Part shown: in pieces, positions 10,078 through 20,254 of the stretch
Numbering within the stretch: the first letter of the stretch is position 1
How the letters are laid out: each line of letters begins with the position of its first letter
Assembly: GCA_013177895.1 (NCBI GenBank)
Contig: JABLXV010000007.1
Location: forward strand, 23,992-87,991
Direction: 5' to 3'
Length of the DNA stretch: 64,000 nt
Source: Brevinematales bacterium
GTDB lineage: Bacteria; Spirochaetota; Brevinematia; Brevinematales; GWF1-51-8
The notes under the pieces: model-generated
What the model was told of the DNA's origin: nothing
Seen by the model: only the letters and a program-made list of their open reading frames with translations
The model's database searches: none
Program-made: the position numbers and the translations under genes

Positions 10078-10186
10078 ATTTCACCTCGATTTTACGACAC
10101 TTTTCAGAAACTTAACATGAATAATGTAACCCCGAAGCCGGAAATTATCAACTTTCCTGTAAAATATTTTTAGATATAATATGAAG

Positions 10187-11425
10187 TTAACTGATATAAT
10201 GAGCGTTGATTTTTACATAATCATACGAGAGGTCGCATGTCCAGAGATAATACTCCTTATAACCGAGGCCGAGGTCGATCGTAAACGTGATCTCGTTCTG
10301 GATCATTTCCCCGTTAGCCTTGGAGATATTCGCGCGGTTCTGCTCGCCCTTTTCCAGTATCGGGAGACCGTTAATGGAAAACACGATCCTGTCGAGATCG
10401 AACTTGGCGTCGGAATACCCGATCGCCGCGAGCACCCGTCCCCAGTTCGGGCTGTTCCCGAATACGGCGGTCTTCACGAGGTACGAATCGGCGACCGCAC
10501 GCGCAATCTTCTTCGCGTCAGTCATCGTCAACGCGTGCCGGATATCGATCTTGACTATTTTATTCGCGCCCTCGCCGTCCTTCACTATCGCCTTCGCGGC
10601 TGATATGCACAGGTCGGTCAGCGCCTTCAGGAATATTTTATATTCGTCGTTCTCCGCGTCTATCGGTTTGTTTTCCGCGAGACCGTTCGCCATCAGCAGC
10701 ACGGTATCGTTCGTACTGGTATCGTTATCCACACTGATGCGGTTGAACGAGTACTCGATCGCTTCCTTGAGCGCGGAGTGCAGGAGGTCTTTGCTCATCA
10801 CGATGTCGGTGGTGATAAAGACCAGCATGGTCGCGTGGAACATATGCAGGTCGGGCTTGATCATCCCGGAGCCCTTACAGCTGATGCCGATTTTTACGGG
10901 GGTATCGCCGATCTTCATCTCGCAGCCGAAATTTTTCGGACGGGTATCGGTCGTCATAATAGCGTTGGTGAAATTCTGGATACTGTTTTCAGATTTAATA
11001 AGGCGCGCGATTTTTTCGATGCCGTATTCCACCCGGTCCATCGGTAACGGTTCCCCGATAACGCCCGTGGAGGCGACCAGCACGGCTCCCTCGCCGAGCT
11101 CGAGGTGGGTTTCGGTCAATTCCGTCATCCGTAACGCGTCCGCCTCGCCCTGTTTCCCGGTGACACAGTTCGCGTTGCCGGAGTTCACTATCACCGCGGA
11201 AATTTTATTCGTCATCCGCGACATCGAAAGCCTGACGGGCGCGGCTTTGACCTTATTGCCGGTGTACGCCCCGACCACGTCGCAGGGAACCTCGCTCCAT
11301 ATCAGGCCTAAGTCTTTATACCCGCCCTCTTTCAGCCCGCACGAAACCCCTGTCGCCCGGAATCCTTTAGGCGCTGTCACACCGCCGTCTACCGGTTCAA
11401 TATCGTCGAATAATTCGTCCGCCAC
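10187..11425 (-). CDS. argJ: Bifunctional ornithine acetyltransferase / N-acetylglutamate synthase
   Basis: The ORF is 412 aa with a GTG start preceded by AAGGAG. Motifs include TAPKGFRATGVSCGLK and the autoprocessing-site context FHATMLVFITTD. The C-terminus reads YVKINAHY. Confidence 0.95.
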   Translation of the reverse strand: MADELFDDIEPVDGGVTAPKGFRATGVSCGLKEGGYKDLGLIWSEVPCDVVGAYTGNKVKAAPVRLSMSRMTNKISAVIVNSGNANCVTGKQGEADALRMTELTETHLELGEGAVLVASTGVIGEPLPMDRVEYGIEKIARLIKSENSIQNFTNAIMTTDTRPKNFGCEMKIGDTPVKIGISCKGSGMIKPDLHMFHATMLVFITTDIVMSKDLLHSALKEAIEYSFNRISVDNDTSTNDTVLLMANGLAENKPIDAENDEYKIFLKALTDLCISAAKAIVKDGEGANKIVKIDIRHALTMTDAKKIARAVADSYLVKTAVFGNSPNWGRVLAAIGYSDAKFDLDRIVFSINGLPILEKGEQNRANISKANGEMIQNEITFTIDLGLGYKEYYLWTCDLSYDYVKINAHYIS

Positions 11426-11444
11426 ACCCTTCTCCTTCAGCTTG

Positions 11445-12467
11445 TTAAATCAGCCCCTCCGTCTCCGGAAAACCGGACGTGAGGTTCATATTATGGAGCG
11501 CCTGTCCGGCAGCTCCTTTGATCAGGTTATCGATCACGGATACGATCACGAGATAACCCGTTTCCTTATCGTACTGCGCCCCGATCAGGCAGTAGTTCGT
11601 GTACGCCGCCCATTTAAGCTGGGGAAGCACATCCCGGTATACCTTCACGAACGGCATATCCCGGTAAAAGCTCTCCAGTTTATCCAGTACTTTATCCCTG
11701 ATATCCTTATCGGACGCAACATAAATCGTACTGAGTATTCCCCGGTCTACCGGGAGCACGTGCGGGGTAAACGTGATCTTCACGGGCTTTCCCGCTGCCT
11801 TCGACAATTCCTGCGCGATTTCCGGCCTGTGCCGGTGCGTGCCGATATTGTAGGCGTAAAAGTTCTCGTTCATCTCGACAAACATCCGCTCGGAGACCGA
11901 TTTCCGCCCGGCGCCGGATAATCCCGACTTCGAGTCCGCGATAAAAGTATCGGTATTTATCGTCCCATCCTTCAATAACGGTATCAACGGGAGCAAAATT
12001 CCCGTCGGATAGCACCCCGGGTTCGCGATCAGCTTCGCCTTCTTAATCTGTTCCGTGTATATCTCGGAAAGCCCGTACACCGCGCCGTTTACCAATTCAG
12101 GCGACGGGTGCGTAAAGTTATATACATTCTCGAATAACGTTATATCCTCGATCCGGTATGCCGCGCTCAGGTCGATCACCTTCGCCCCCGCGTCGAGGAA
12201 CTTCGGCGCCGCTTTTGCGGACGCTTCATGCGGGAGGCAGAGGAATACGACGTCCGCCATCCCGTAAATCGACGGGTCTTCGGATGACAGGAACGTCCGG
12301 TCGAGATACCCCGTGAGGGACGGTTCGCCCGCGAGCACGGTCGTGCCCGCTTTGGTCTCCGACGTCAGGAATACGACTTCCGCGTACCGGTGCCGTTCGA
12401 TCAGCTTGAGAAGTTCCATCCCGGAATACCCGGTCGCACCGCAAATTCCTACTTTGACCTTATCCAT
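11445..12467 (-). CDS. argC: N-acetyl-gamma-glutamyl-phosphate reductase
   Basis: The ORF is 340 aa. It carries GATGYSGMELLKLI (NAD-binding) and the active-site region ANPGCYPT. Its C-terminus is DNLIKGAAGQALHNMN. Confidence 0.95.
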   Translation of the reverse strand: MDKVKVGICGATGYSGMELLKLIERHRYAEVVFLTSETKAGTTVLAGEPSLTGYLDRTFLSSEDPSIYGMADVVFLCLPHEASAKAAPKFLDAGAKVIDLSAAYRIEDITLFENVYNFTHPSPELVNGAVYGLSEIYTEQIKKAKLIANPGCYPTGILLPLIPLLKDGTINTDTFIADSKSGLSGAGRKSVSERMFVEMNENFYAYNIGTHRHRPEIAQELSKAAGKPVKITFTPHVLPVDRGILSTIYVASDKDIRDKVLDKLESFYRDMPFVKVYRDVLPQLKWAAYTNYCLIGAQYDKETGYLVIVSVIDNLIKGAAGQALHNMNLTSGFPETEGLI

Positions 12468-12469
12468 AT

Positions 12470-13558
12470 TTATTCATCGCTCCCAGAATCGCTATCCTCT
12501 CCTGCATCCGAGACCGCGCGAGTGATCTGTATCTCGCCCTTCTGCTCCTTCGCGAGAAGTTCGCGTATTTGCTTATCCAGTATCCCCAGGAACTCCGGGT
12601 TGCCGGTCAGCGCCTTGACCACGCTCTCGCGGCCTTGGCCGATCCGGTCGTCGCCGTGGAAGTACCATGTCCCCTTGCGCTGGATGATATTCAAATCCAT
12701 TGCGGCGTTCACCAGACAACTCGCCTTGGAGATGCCCTCGCCGAATATGATCTCGAACTCGGCTACTTTGAACGGCGCCGCGAGCTTGTTCTTTACTACC
12801 TTCGCGCGCACGAGATTCCCGTACACCTCGTCGCCGCGCTTCAGCACGTCCTTCTTCCGTATCTCGATACGCACGGTCGAGTAGAACTTCAGCGCCATAC
12901 CGCCGGTAGTGGTCTCGGGGTTACCGTACATCACGCCGATCTTCATGCGAATCTGGTTGATGAACACGAGCGCGCACTGGGATTTATTGATGATGGCGGT
13001 GAGTTTGCGGAGCGCCTGACTCATCAGCCGGGCCTGCATCCCCATCACCGCGTCGCCCATATTGCCTTCTATCTCGCTCTTCGGCACCAGCGCGGCGACC
13101 GAGTCCACCACGATCAGGTTGACCGCCCCGCTCCGCACCAGCGACTCGACTATCTCGAGCGCCTGTTCGCCGGTATCGGGCTGGGAGAGCAGGAGATTAT
13201 CGATATCCACTCCGATCGCCCGCGCATACTGCGCATCGAGCGCGTGCTCGGCGTCGATAAACGCCGCAGTCCCGCCCTGTTTCTGGCATTCGGCGATTAT
13301 GTTGAGGGTCAGGGTCGTCTTTCCCGACGCTTCGGGGCCGTATATCTCGGATACCCGTCCGTAAGGGATGCCGCCGATCCCGAGCGCGAGGTCGAGAGTG
13401 AGCGCACCTGTCGGTATCACCGGGTAATTATCGACCTTGGGCTTGTCGCCCAAGCGGATAATGGCGCCCTTCCCGAATTGTTTTTCGATCTGACTGATCG
13501 CAAGCTGTAACGCTTTTTCCTTTTCCTTGTCAGCAAGTTCTGCCATAGCTTTCCCCAT
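12470..13558 (-). CDS. recA: Recombinase A
   Basis: The ORF is 362 aa. It has the Walker A motif [12 protein letters not shown], plus [17 protein letters not shown] and [22 protein letters not shown]. An acidic C-terminal tail is present. Its stop is 2 nt from the argC start. Confidence 0.97.
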   Translation of the reverse strand: MGKAMAELADKEKEKALQLAISQIEKQFGKGAIIRLGDKPKVDNYPVIPTGALTLDLALGIGGIPYGRVSEIYGPEASGKTTLTLNIIAECQKQGGTAAFIDAEHALDAQYARAIGVDIDNLLLSQPDTGEQALEIVESLVRSGAVNLIVVDSVAALVPKSEIEGNMGDAVMGMQARLMSQALRKLTAIINKSQCALVFINQIRMKIGVMYGNPETTTGGMALKFYSTVRIEIRKKDVLKRGDEVYGNLVRAKVVKNKLAAPFKVAEFEIIFGEGISKASCLVNAAMDLNIIQRKGTWYFHGDDRIGQGRESVVKALTGNPEFLGILDKQIRELLAKEQKGEIQITRAVSDAGEDSDSGSDE

Positions 13559-13691
13559 CCCGTAATGTCTTTTGCTTTATTATATTACGGGGATGGGAAT
13601 TACTCAAGTAAATGAAGGCATAAGCCGGCCGATATGCAGTAATGTAAATAATGAAAGCGGGGAAATCTTGATGCAATAATGGAATTTGATG

Positions 13692-16523
13692 CTATGGAAT
13701 ATTCGTAACCTTATTTCCCGAGGCGGTCGCCGCGTCCATGAAGGCCGGGACATTAATATTCGTCCACCCGTTGTTACATAAAATATACGCATTTCCCGTG
13801 TACTCTTTATAGATCGAGGAAAGAGTATTGGTGATAAACGTGTTGCCGACGAGGTAATGCCCCGCCGCATCGGAAATACCCTCCTGGATTGCCAGCTCGT
13901 TTCCGCTCCCGCCGATTAGGCAATTCGACAGCATAAAACCCGTAATTCCATTATTTACAAGATAAATCACATTTGAACCGGAATTATTGGTGATAATACA
14001 GGATAAAACTTTTATACCAGAATTTGCAACATAAATCGCCGCCGCAAAATTGGTTGCTATATTTCCTGAAATATTTATATTCGACATTGTAGTATCTATC
14101 GAATCCACAATAGCTACCCCTCCACCTATTGTGGATTTATTATACATTATAGAACCCTTTAACGTGTTCCTTGAGGAAGAATTTAAACTGAACCCACCAC
14201 CACCACTCTTCGCAGAATTATTTAATACCGAACAATTAAATACATTATCTGATGAAAAAGCAACAACAGCTAGTCCTCCTCCACCTGTTAGTGAAAAATT
14301 ATTACTAATTATACCGTTTATCGTATTGTATGACGAACTCTGAAAATAATACCCGCCGCCAGCCAATGCAGCATTATTATTAAATACACTGCAATTAAAG
14401 AGATTTTGACCTCCATAAACCCATACACCACCGCCATTTCCATGATCCGAATAATTACCCTGAATTAAACCATTAATGGTAGTGTAAGCAGTAGATATAT
14501 TTAACCCACCCCCGTTACCATATGTACCATTATTCATAATTAAACAGTTTAAAATATTACCCCACCCAGAACATATTCTGATGCCACCGCCAGAATCAAA
14601 GCTATAATTCAATTCAACAAGTGAGTTTATAGTGTTATTATCACCACTTAAAAATATTCCTCCACCTTCAGAGTTAAAACTTATATTCCCCCTAATGTCG
14701 CCCAAAATCTGATTACCATTTCCTATAATATACATTCCTCCGCCAGACCCATAGCTTAAGTTACCTGATATTGTGCCTTCAATAATATTATAATTTCCGT
14801 TTATATACAATCCTCCACCCTCACCATATAATTTATAACATACATTATTCATAACATAACCTTTTATCAAATTATAACTTCCGCCTATAAAAATACCTCC
14901 GCCGTTTCCATCCAAAGTTGTACTATTTCCACAGACAATACTATATATAGTATTGTAATCCGATGCCATAATGTATATTCCGCCACCATCAGAATCCGAA
15001 TTATTATTAATCACCGAACCGTGAATAATATTCCGATACGAAGAACTCAAAATAATTCCACCACCATTGTTTATCGCATAATTATTACTGATAACACAAT
15101 TCGTAAATATATTATCTGTTGAACAAAAAATATATATTCCACCTCCATCTTTGTTTATTGAATCATTAATATTTGCGCTTCCCCCAGAAATAATAAACCC
15201 GTCGATTAGAATATTGCTCACATTATTCAGAAATATAACATGCTTATTGTTATCCCCAATATTATACCCATCCAGTAAGGAATAGCCGTTCCTGTTCACA
15301 AAGTTCGCGTCCCATCCCCCGATTAGCTTGAGGCCGCTATCAGTAATATTTATCCCGGCATAGTTATTGAATGCGCTGGTCGACATTAACCCGAATCCCG
15401 GCATATATTTCCCCTGCTCGACCCATACCGTATCGAATCCGTTGCTGACGGCCAAATTTATCGCTTTTTGAATCGTAAGCACCGCGTTATCTTTCGATAA
15501 TCCGTTATTGATATCATTTCCCGTAGGGGATACGAAAATCAAATCTTTACACTCGATGATACGCTGATTGGTAGCAGAAACATTTCCCACCTTATCGATA
15601 CTATAAATCCATATGTTATGAATCCCATATCCGAAAGTATACGAATGCTGCCATTCGGCGGAATACTGGGTGCATACCAGATTACTGACGGGAACGAAAC
15701 TTGTACCGTTGGTGGAGATATAGACAGCCGAAACGGGCGAAAGCGTGCCTTCCGCCTGACCGCCGAAAGCCGCAATAACATTGGCTTTATATGTGGTATA
15801 ATCCGTCGAAGGGATTGTTATCAGGGCAGTAGGTGCTATGGTATCGCGGATAAGTGTAAGTTTCTTCTGAGGTGACAACTCCCCGGTTCTTACTTTTCTA
15901 CAACTAAGTATTACATTATTCGTTCCCGGTGTTAGACCATTAATACTAATACTCCATGGTGACTCTCCCGGATAATCACTGAGTTTCATATTTGTAGATG
16001 TACTGAGAATCATTGAAATGGTATATGCGTCCCGGGTACTGCTTTGAACAATTCCCCCAATGGTAACTGTTCCCGTACCGACCCACCAAACCGCGCCGTC
16101 GTTTGTAGGGGACGTGATATTCAGTATAAAATCGACTGCGGTAATTTGGATCTTTTCGGATGTTCCTGTTTTACCATTTCCAGAAACAGCTTCAACCCAA
16201 ACCGTGAAGACACCGGTATGTTTTACAGATAATTCGCATGAAATATTTCCAAAGGCATCTAAGGATGTTTTAAAAACTTCGGTGGTATTACTGTCGCTGA
16301 TATATACGGAAACCTCTGAAATATTATCCCCTGGTTTCACCGTTCCGGTAATCGTAAAATTAGTAAACACAGAATCATTATCGCTCGGTATAGAAATTTC
16401 CACAGCGGGTGAACCGATAATACTGAAGATATCTTTCGGTTCGAGCATTTCATTAAAAAGCGAACACGCTACAATAAAAATACCCAAAAAGGAAAAAGAA
16501 AATAAAAATTTAACCGCTTTCAT
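13692..16523 (-). CDS. Surface protein: Ig-like stalk plus a right-handed parallel beta-helix with about 14 Pmp-like GGG[IVLM] repeats
   Basis: The ORF is 943 aa with an ATG preceded by GGAGGTG and an N-terminal signal ending IVAC. The stalk units (ITSPTNDG.., ..IWIYSIDKVGNVSATNQ) are paralogous to those of the GH13 lipoproteins. Repeats of about 23 aa follow: KDGGGIYIF, NNGGGIILS, SDGGGIYIM, GNGGGIFIG, GEGGGLYIN, GSGGGMYII and others. The central part is visibly AT-rich. Confidence 0.75.
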   Translation of the reverse strand: MKAVKFLFSFSFLGIFIVACSLFNEMLEPKDIFSIIGSPAVEISIPSDNDSVFTNFTITGTVKPGDNISEVSVYISDSNTTEVFKTSLDAFGNISCELSVKHTGVFTVWVEAVSGNGKTGTSEKIQITAVDFILNITSPTNDGAVWWVGTGTVTIGGIVQSSTRDAYTISMILSTSTNMKLSDYPGESPWSISINGLTPGTNNVILSCRKVRTGELSPQKKLTLIRDTIAPTALITIPSTDYTTYKANVIAAFGGQAEGTLSPVSAVYISTNGTSFVPVSNLVCTQYSAEWQHSYTFGYGIHNIWIYSIDKVGNVSATNQRIIECKDLIFVSPTGNDINNGLSKDNAVLTIQKAINLAVSNGFDTVWVEQGKYMPGFGLMSTSAFNNYAGINITDSGLKLIGGWDANFVNRNGYSLLDGYNIGDNNKHVIFLNNVSNILIDGFIISGGSANINDSINKDGGGIYIFCSTDNIFTNCVISNNYAINNGGGIILSSSYRNIIHGSVINNNSDSDGGGIYIMASDYNTIYSIVCGNSTTLDGNGGGIFIGGSYNLIKGYVMNNVCYKLYGEGGGLYINGNYNIIEGTISGNLSYGSGGGMYIIGNGNQILGDIRGNISFNSEGGGIFLSGDNNTINSLVELNYSFDSGGGIRICSGWGNILNCLIMNNGTYGNGGGLNISTAYTTINGLIQGNYSDHGNGGGVWVYGGQNLFNCSVFNNNAALAGGGYYFQSSSYNTINGIISNNFSLTGGGGLAVVAFSSDNVFNCSVLNNSAKSGGGGFSLNSSSRNTLKGSIMYNKSTIGGGVAIVDSIDTTMSNINISGNIATNFAAAIYVANSGIKVLSCIITNNSGSNVIYLVNNGITGFMLSNCLIGGSGNELAIQEGISDAAGHYLVGNTFITNTLSSIYKEYTGNAYILCNNGWTNINVPAFMDAATASGNKVTNIP

Positions 16524-16800
16524 ATCACACCTCCAAAATATCTACCTGTATTAAATATTTTTACCAGGATAATTTCCGCGATATATTAATCTATTACTTA
16601 TATTTTCAATATATTTTAGGCGTATTTAGTAATTGAGTCAAAATATGTACGTGCTTTCTTTATATTCCTGAAAATATCTTATATTCGTTCTACCGGGTAT
16701 ATTCATAGGCCAAAATAAAAACACCTCGGTACCAAATAAACATTACGTATCGGATCCGAAATATCTCCATCCTTTATATCGACCCATAAGAAATATTTCA

Positions 16801-16829
16801 TTGACTGCGTTAAATATATGTGATAAAAT
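16801..16829 (+). promoter_or_regulatory. Candidate sigma70 promoter for the GH13 gene at 16902
   Basis: The sequence reads TTGACT (16801-16806), a 17-nt spacer, then TAAAAT (16824-16829). This lies about 70 nt upstream of the ATG. Confidence 0.4.
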
Positions 16830-16901
16830 TTCCCCGTCCGATTTTTATATATTAAACAGTGCAATTCTTCATCAATAATTACCTCGAAACAGGAGATCCC
16901 C

Positions 16902-18638
16902 ATGAGAAAACCCGTGATAGCCTCAACAATATTCGTCTGTCTGCTAGCGCTTTTATCCTGCAAGGCCGCCGACGGTTCGGTCAAAAATACCGACGCCCCG
17001 TCGAAGGGCAAGGTCGTCAAGCCCGCGAAATTCGATAAGTATAAGGTCTATCCCGCGCCCGACCCCAAGCATCAATGCGCCGATTATACGGAGGTTATCC
17101 CGTATAAAGACCCCGGCTCGAAGCTGAAAAAGGACTGGTGGAAGACCGCCGTCTTTATCGAAATATTCGTCCGTTCGTACAAAGATTCCGACGGGGACGG
17201 CAAGGGCGACTTCAAGGGGCTGATCTCCAAGCTCGACTACCTGAAACAGCTCGGCATCGGCGGGATATGGCTTCTCCCGATTATGGAAAGCTCCGATAAC
17301 GACCACGGATATCACACGATGGACTACCGCGCGGTGGAGAGCGACTACGGCACGATGGACGACTTCAGGACCCTGCTCGCGGAAGCCCACAAACGCGGCA
17401 TCGGCATCATCATCGACTTCGTTATCAACCACGGCTCCGCGAAACTCCCCATGTTCATCGAGGCGTCCACCAACGTCAACGGGATGTACCGCGACTATTT
17501 CGTCTATACCAATATCAACCCCGGTAAATGGGTGCTGATGGGTAAAACCGACCTATGGTTCCAGTTCCCGTCGGGATACTTCTACGCAGGCTTCACCCCT
17601 GAAATACCCGACTGGAATTTCAGGAATCCCAACGTGCATAAATATATGGCGGATAACATCCGTTTCTGGCTGAACCTCGGAGTGGACGGTTACCGTCTGG
17701 ACGCTGTAGCGCACCTGATCGAAAACGGCCCCAACGCTACCTATGCACAGCCTGAAAGCATCGAATATTTCACCGAGTTCCGCGAGATCGTAAACCATTA
17801 CGCGAACCGTTTCACCATCTGCGAGGATGCCAATCCCGGTTATATGACCCCCGATAAGATGAACTCCGGATTTTCGTTCGGCCTGAACTACGAGATCATG
17901 AACTCGGTAGCAAACAGCAATCCCTATAACCTGCCGAACGCGGTATCCTTTTACTTAAATAGTCTCCCGCAGGGGGCGTTTTATGCCCACTTCCTGTCGA
18001 ACCACGATTCGTTCGCCGGCCCCCGCGCGTTCACATGGCTGAACGGTATCCAGGCGAAATGCAAGCTCGCCGCGTCGGTCTATATGACTATCCCGGGTAT
18101 CCCGTTCGTGTACTACGGCGAGGAGATCGGGATGGGGCATTTCACCAAGATGTGGGCGGAGTACGCGCTCCGCACGCCGATGCAGTGGGACTCATCCCCC
18201 AACTCCGGGTTCACCTCCGCCGTGAAACCGTACCGCCCGGTCAATACCAACTTCGCCGCGTTCAATGTCGAGACTGAGCTGCAAGACCCGAACTCCATCC
18301 TGTCGCATTATATCAAACTCATCAATATCCGTAACGCCAACCCGCTGATCGCGACCGGGGAGTACCAGTATGTCAAAACTTCCGACGGTAACCAGTATAT
18401 GGCGCACGCGATTACCGGGAACAAGGAGGCCATTATCGTGGTACTGAACTTCTCCGGGGACGACGCCGATATCGCGCTCAATTTCAGCTATAACCCGTTC
18501 ACCGAGGCCGGGATGAAGAACGGGGTGGATTTGTTTAACGGGAACGCGAAGATGCCCGATGTAACGAAGGAGAACCGTACGAGCTATCCGGTGAATGTCC
18601 CGGCGTATGGCCTCGCTCTATTAAAATTCAATTGGTAG
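16902..18638 (+). CDS. GH13 alpha-amylase-family lipoprotein (oligo-1,6-glucosidase / alpha-glucosidase-like)
   Basis: The ORF is 578 aa with AGGAG upstream and the lipobox CLLALLSC. Motifs are [65 protein letters not shown] and FLSNHDS. Confidence 0.85.
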   Translation: MRKPVIASTIFVCLLALLSCKAADGSVKNTDAPSKGKVVKPAKFDKYKVYPAPDPKHQCADYTEVIPYKDPGSKLKKDWWKTAVFIEIFVRSYKDSDGDGKGDFKGLISKLDYLKQLGIGGIWLLPIMESSDNDHGYHTMDYRAVESDYGTMDDFRTLLAEAHKRGIGIIIDFVINHGSAKLPMFIEASTNVNGMYRDYFVYTNINPGKWVLMGKTDLWFQFPSGYFYAGFTPEIPDWNFRNPNVHKYMADNIRFWLNLGVDGYRLDAVAHLIENGPNATYAQPESIEYFTEFREIVNHYANRFTICEDANPGYMTPDKMNSGFSFGLNYEIMNSVANSNPYNLPNAVSFYLNSLPQGAFYAHFLSNHDSFAGPRAFTWLNGIQAKCKLAASVYMTIPGIPFVYYGEEIGMGHFTKMWAEYALRTPMQWDSSPNSGFTSAVKPYRPVNTNFAAFNVETELQDPNSILSHYIKLINIRNANPLIATGEYQYVKTSDGNQYMAHAITGNKEAIIVVLNFSGDDADIALNFSYNPFTEAGMKNGVDLFNGNAKMPDVTKENRTSYPVNVPAYGLALLKFNW

Positions 18639-18733
18639 CTCGGCCACAAGTGGCCTCGCCATATTAAAGTTCGATAAATAGATACTACCCTTGATTCCAC
18701 GCTTTTCTCATAACGATACTTGGGTTCGCAGTA

Positions 18734-18976
18734 CCTTGACATCCGTGTCACCGCGGGACTTCTCCTTCCTTGTCGCCCCGCTCCTTGACATCCGTGTTAC
18801 TGCGGGACTTCTCCTTCCTTGTCGCCCCGCTCCTTGACTTCCGTGTCATCGCGGGACTTCTCCATCCTTGTCGCCCCGCTCCTTGACTTCCGTGTCATCG
18901 CGGGACTTCTCCATCCTTGTCGCCCCGCTCCTTGACTTCCGTGTCATCGCGGGACTTCTCCATCCTTGGAGTCGCC
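18734..18976. repeat. Non-coding tandem repeat, 49 nt x about 5 copies
   Basis: Units start at 18734, 18783, 18832, 18881 and 18930. Copies 1-2 read ccttgacatccgtgt[c/t]ac[c/t]gcgggacttctccttccttgtcgccccgct. Copies 3-5 are identical to one another: ccttgacttccgtgtcatcgcgggacttctccatccttgtcgccccgct, with the last copy ending in a GAG insertion. The period is not a multiple of 3, and no ORF of 60 aa or more covers the array on either strand. Confidence 0.9.
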
Positions 18977-19031
18977 AAAACCTGAGAAATAGTGTATACT
19001 TATAGTATCAAAATACGGAGAGGCATAAATT

Positions 19032-19904
19032 ATGACAATCATAGCGCGCGTCAACGGCGAGGACATCGACTCGAAGATGCTCGACGGCGCGGTATCGCGT
19101 TATATCGTCCAGCTTGAGGAGGACGAATCCTCGAATTTCGAACCGACCCCGCAGGGGATGAAGTTTATCCGCGCCGAGGCGCTCAAGTACCTGATCGAAC
19201 GGGTCGCCCTGCTTCAGGTCGCGACTTCCGACGGATTTTCCGTCACCCATGACGAGGCGCACGCGCGGATGCGTCAGATTCGCGCCAAGTTCGACACCGA
19301 CGCCGATTTCGCGAATAATCTCCTGATACTCGGGGTGGACACGGATAACGCTATCGACGAGATCGCGCGCGATATGCTCCTCGAGAAATACCTCGACGCG
19401 ATCTATAGCCGGACTATCGAGCTTTCCGACGAGGCTCTCAGACGGTACTTCGAGGAGAACCAGTCGCGGATGAAACAACCCGACCTGTACACGTTTTACG
19501 AGGTCATGGTTTCCAGTCCCGCGCAGGTCAACACCGCCGCGCTCATTTTCTCGAACTCAAGGGACGTCGGCGAGATCGAGGAGAAGATCAAGGCGATCGA
19601 CGGGGAATTCCGGCATGAGGCGGACTTTCCGTCGTTCCAGCTTCCCGAGGAGGTTTACAACGTCCTTTCCGACCTCGAAGAAGGCAAGGTCGGCACGATG
19701 GTGATCGACGATCATTCGATTATGATATATAAACTGATCCGCCGCATGAACGGGAAAAGCTTCGCGTTCGACGAGATCAAGGATTCGCTGCGGAGTTTTA
19801 TGAACGAGAGCGGGCGAAAGACGATTTATGCCGATCTCGTCAGTAAGCTGATGGAAACCGCTAAGGTCGAATATATCGCCACGGAATATTTGGAAGGAAA
19901 ATGA
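19032..19904 (+). CDS. SurA-N / parvulin-like chaperone family protein (degenerate; no signal peptide seen)
   Basis: The ORF is 290 aa with an ATG preceded by GGAGAGG. The opening IARVNGEDI resembles a SurA N-terminal domain. The C-terminal stretch VLSDLEEGKVGTMVIDDHSIMIYKLIRR resembles a parvulin remnant. An in-frame TAA lies 2 codons upstream of the ATG. Confidence 0.45.
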   Translation: MTIIARVNGEDIDSKMLDGAVSRYIVQLEEDESSNFEPTPQGMKFIRAEALKYLIERVALLQVATSDGFSVTHDEAHARMRQIRAKFDTDADFANNLLILGVDTDNAIDEIARDMLLEKYLDAIYSRTIELSDEALRRYFEENQSRMKQPDLYTFYEVMVSSPAQVNTAALIFSNSRDVGEIEEKIKAIDGEFRHEADFPSFQLPEEVYNVLSDLEEGKVGTMVIDDHSIMIYKLIRRMNGKSFAFDEIKDSLRSFMNESGRKTIYADLVSKLMETAKVEYIATEYLEGK

Positions 19905-20254
19905 AAGCCCTCGACTGGATATCCCTCGCCCTGATCATACTGGCCGGCGCCGCGGGAATTGTCTACAGTCTCGGCGGGCCGAAGGGCTCGAGCGTGACAG
20001 TCTCCACGCCGAAAGGGACTTATACCTACTCCCTTTCCGTGAACCGCGCGGTGGAACTCCCCGGCGAGATCGGGAATTTCGTGATGGAGATCGCCGACGG
20101 TAAGGTTCGGATCGGGAAATCGCCGTGCCCCCATCAGGTCTGCGTGCGGAAGGGATGGTGCTCGATTACGGGCGACAGCATCATCTGTATCCCGAACAAG
20201 GTGATTATCAAGATCGACGGGGGCGGGAATGGCGTCGACGCAATTAGCGAATGA
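19901..20254 (+). CDS. NusG domain II-containing membrane-anchored protein (DUF1312-like)
   Basis: The ORF is 117 aa. It has one N-terminal TM helix followed by a beta-rich domain with SPCPHQVCVRKGW..GDSIICIPNKVII. Its start overlaps the upstream stop (ATGA). Confidence 0.65.
   Translation: MKALDWISLALIILAGAAGIVYSLGGPKGSSVTVSTPKGTYTYSLSVNRAVELPGEIGNFVMEIADGKVRIGKSPCPHQVCVRKGWCSITGDSIICIPNKVIIKIDGGGNGVDAISE

Noticed and set aside
10287-11921. A 544-aa ORF on the plus strand spans argJ and argC.
   Set aside because: It is antisense to two genes with unmistakable ArgJ and ArgC motifs. Its translation is low-complexity and Ser/Pro/Arg-rich, with no recognisable motif. This is a typical shadow ORF in GC-rich coding DNA.
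18722-18733. The string tgggttcgcag, also found at 32699-32709, looked like a tRNA T-arm.
   Set aside because: I could not build an acceptor stem, anticodon arm or a proper 7-nt T-loop around either site. At 32699 it is the loop of the terminal hairpin. I make no tRNA call.
18734-18976. I asked whether the regular repeat array might be a CRISPR locus.
   Set aside because: The units are directly adjacent with a 49-nt period and no unique spacers between them. No cas genes or leader are nearby. It is a plain tandem repeat.
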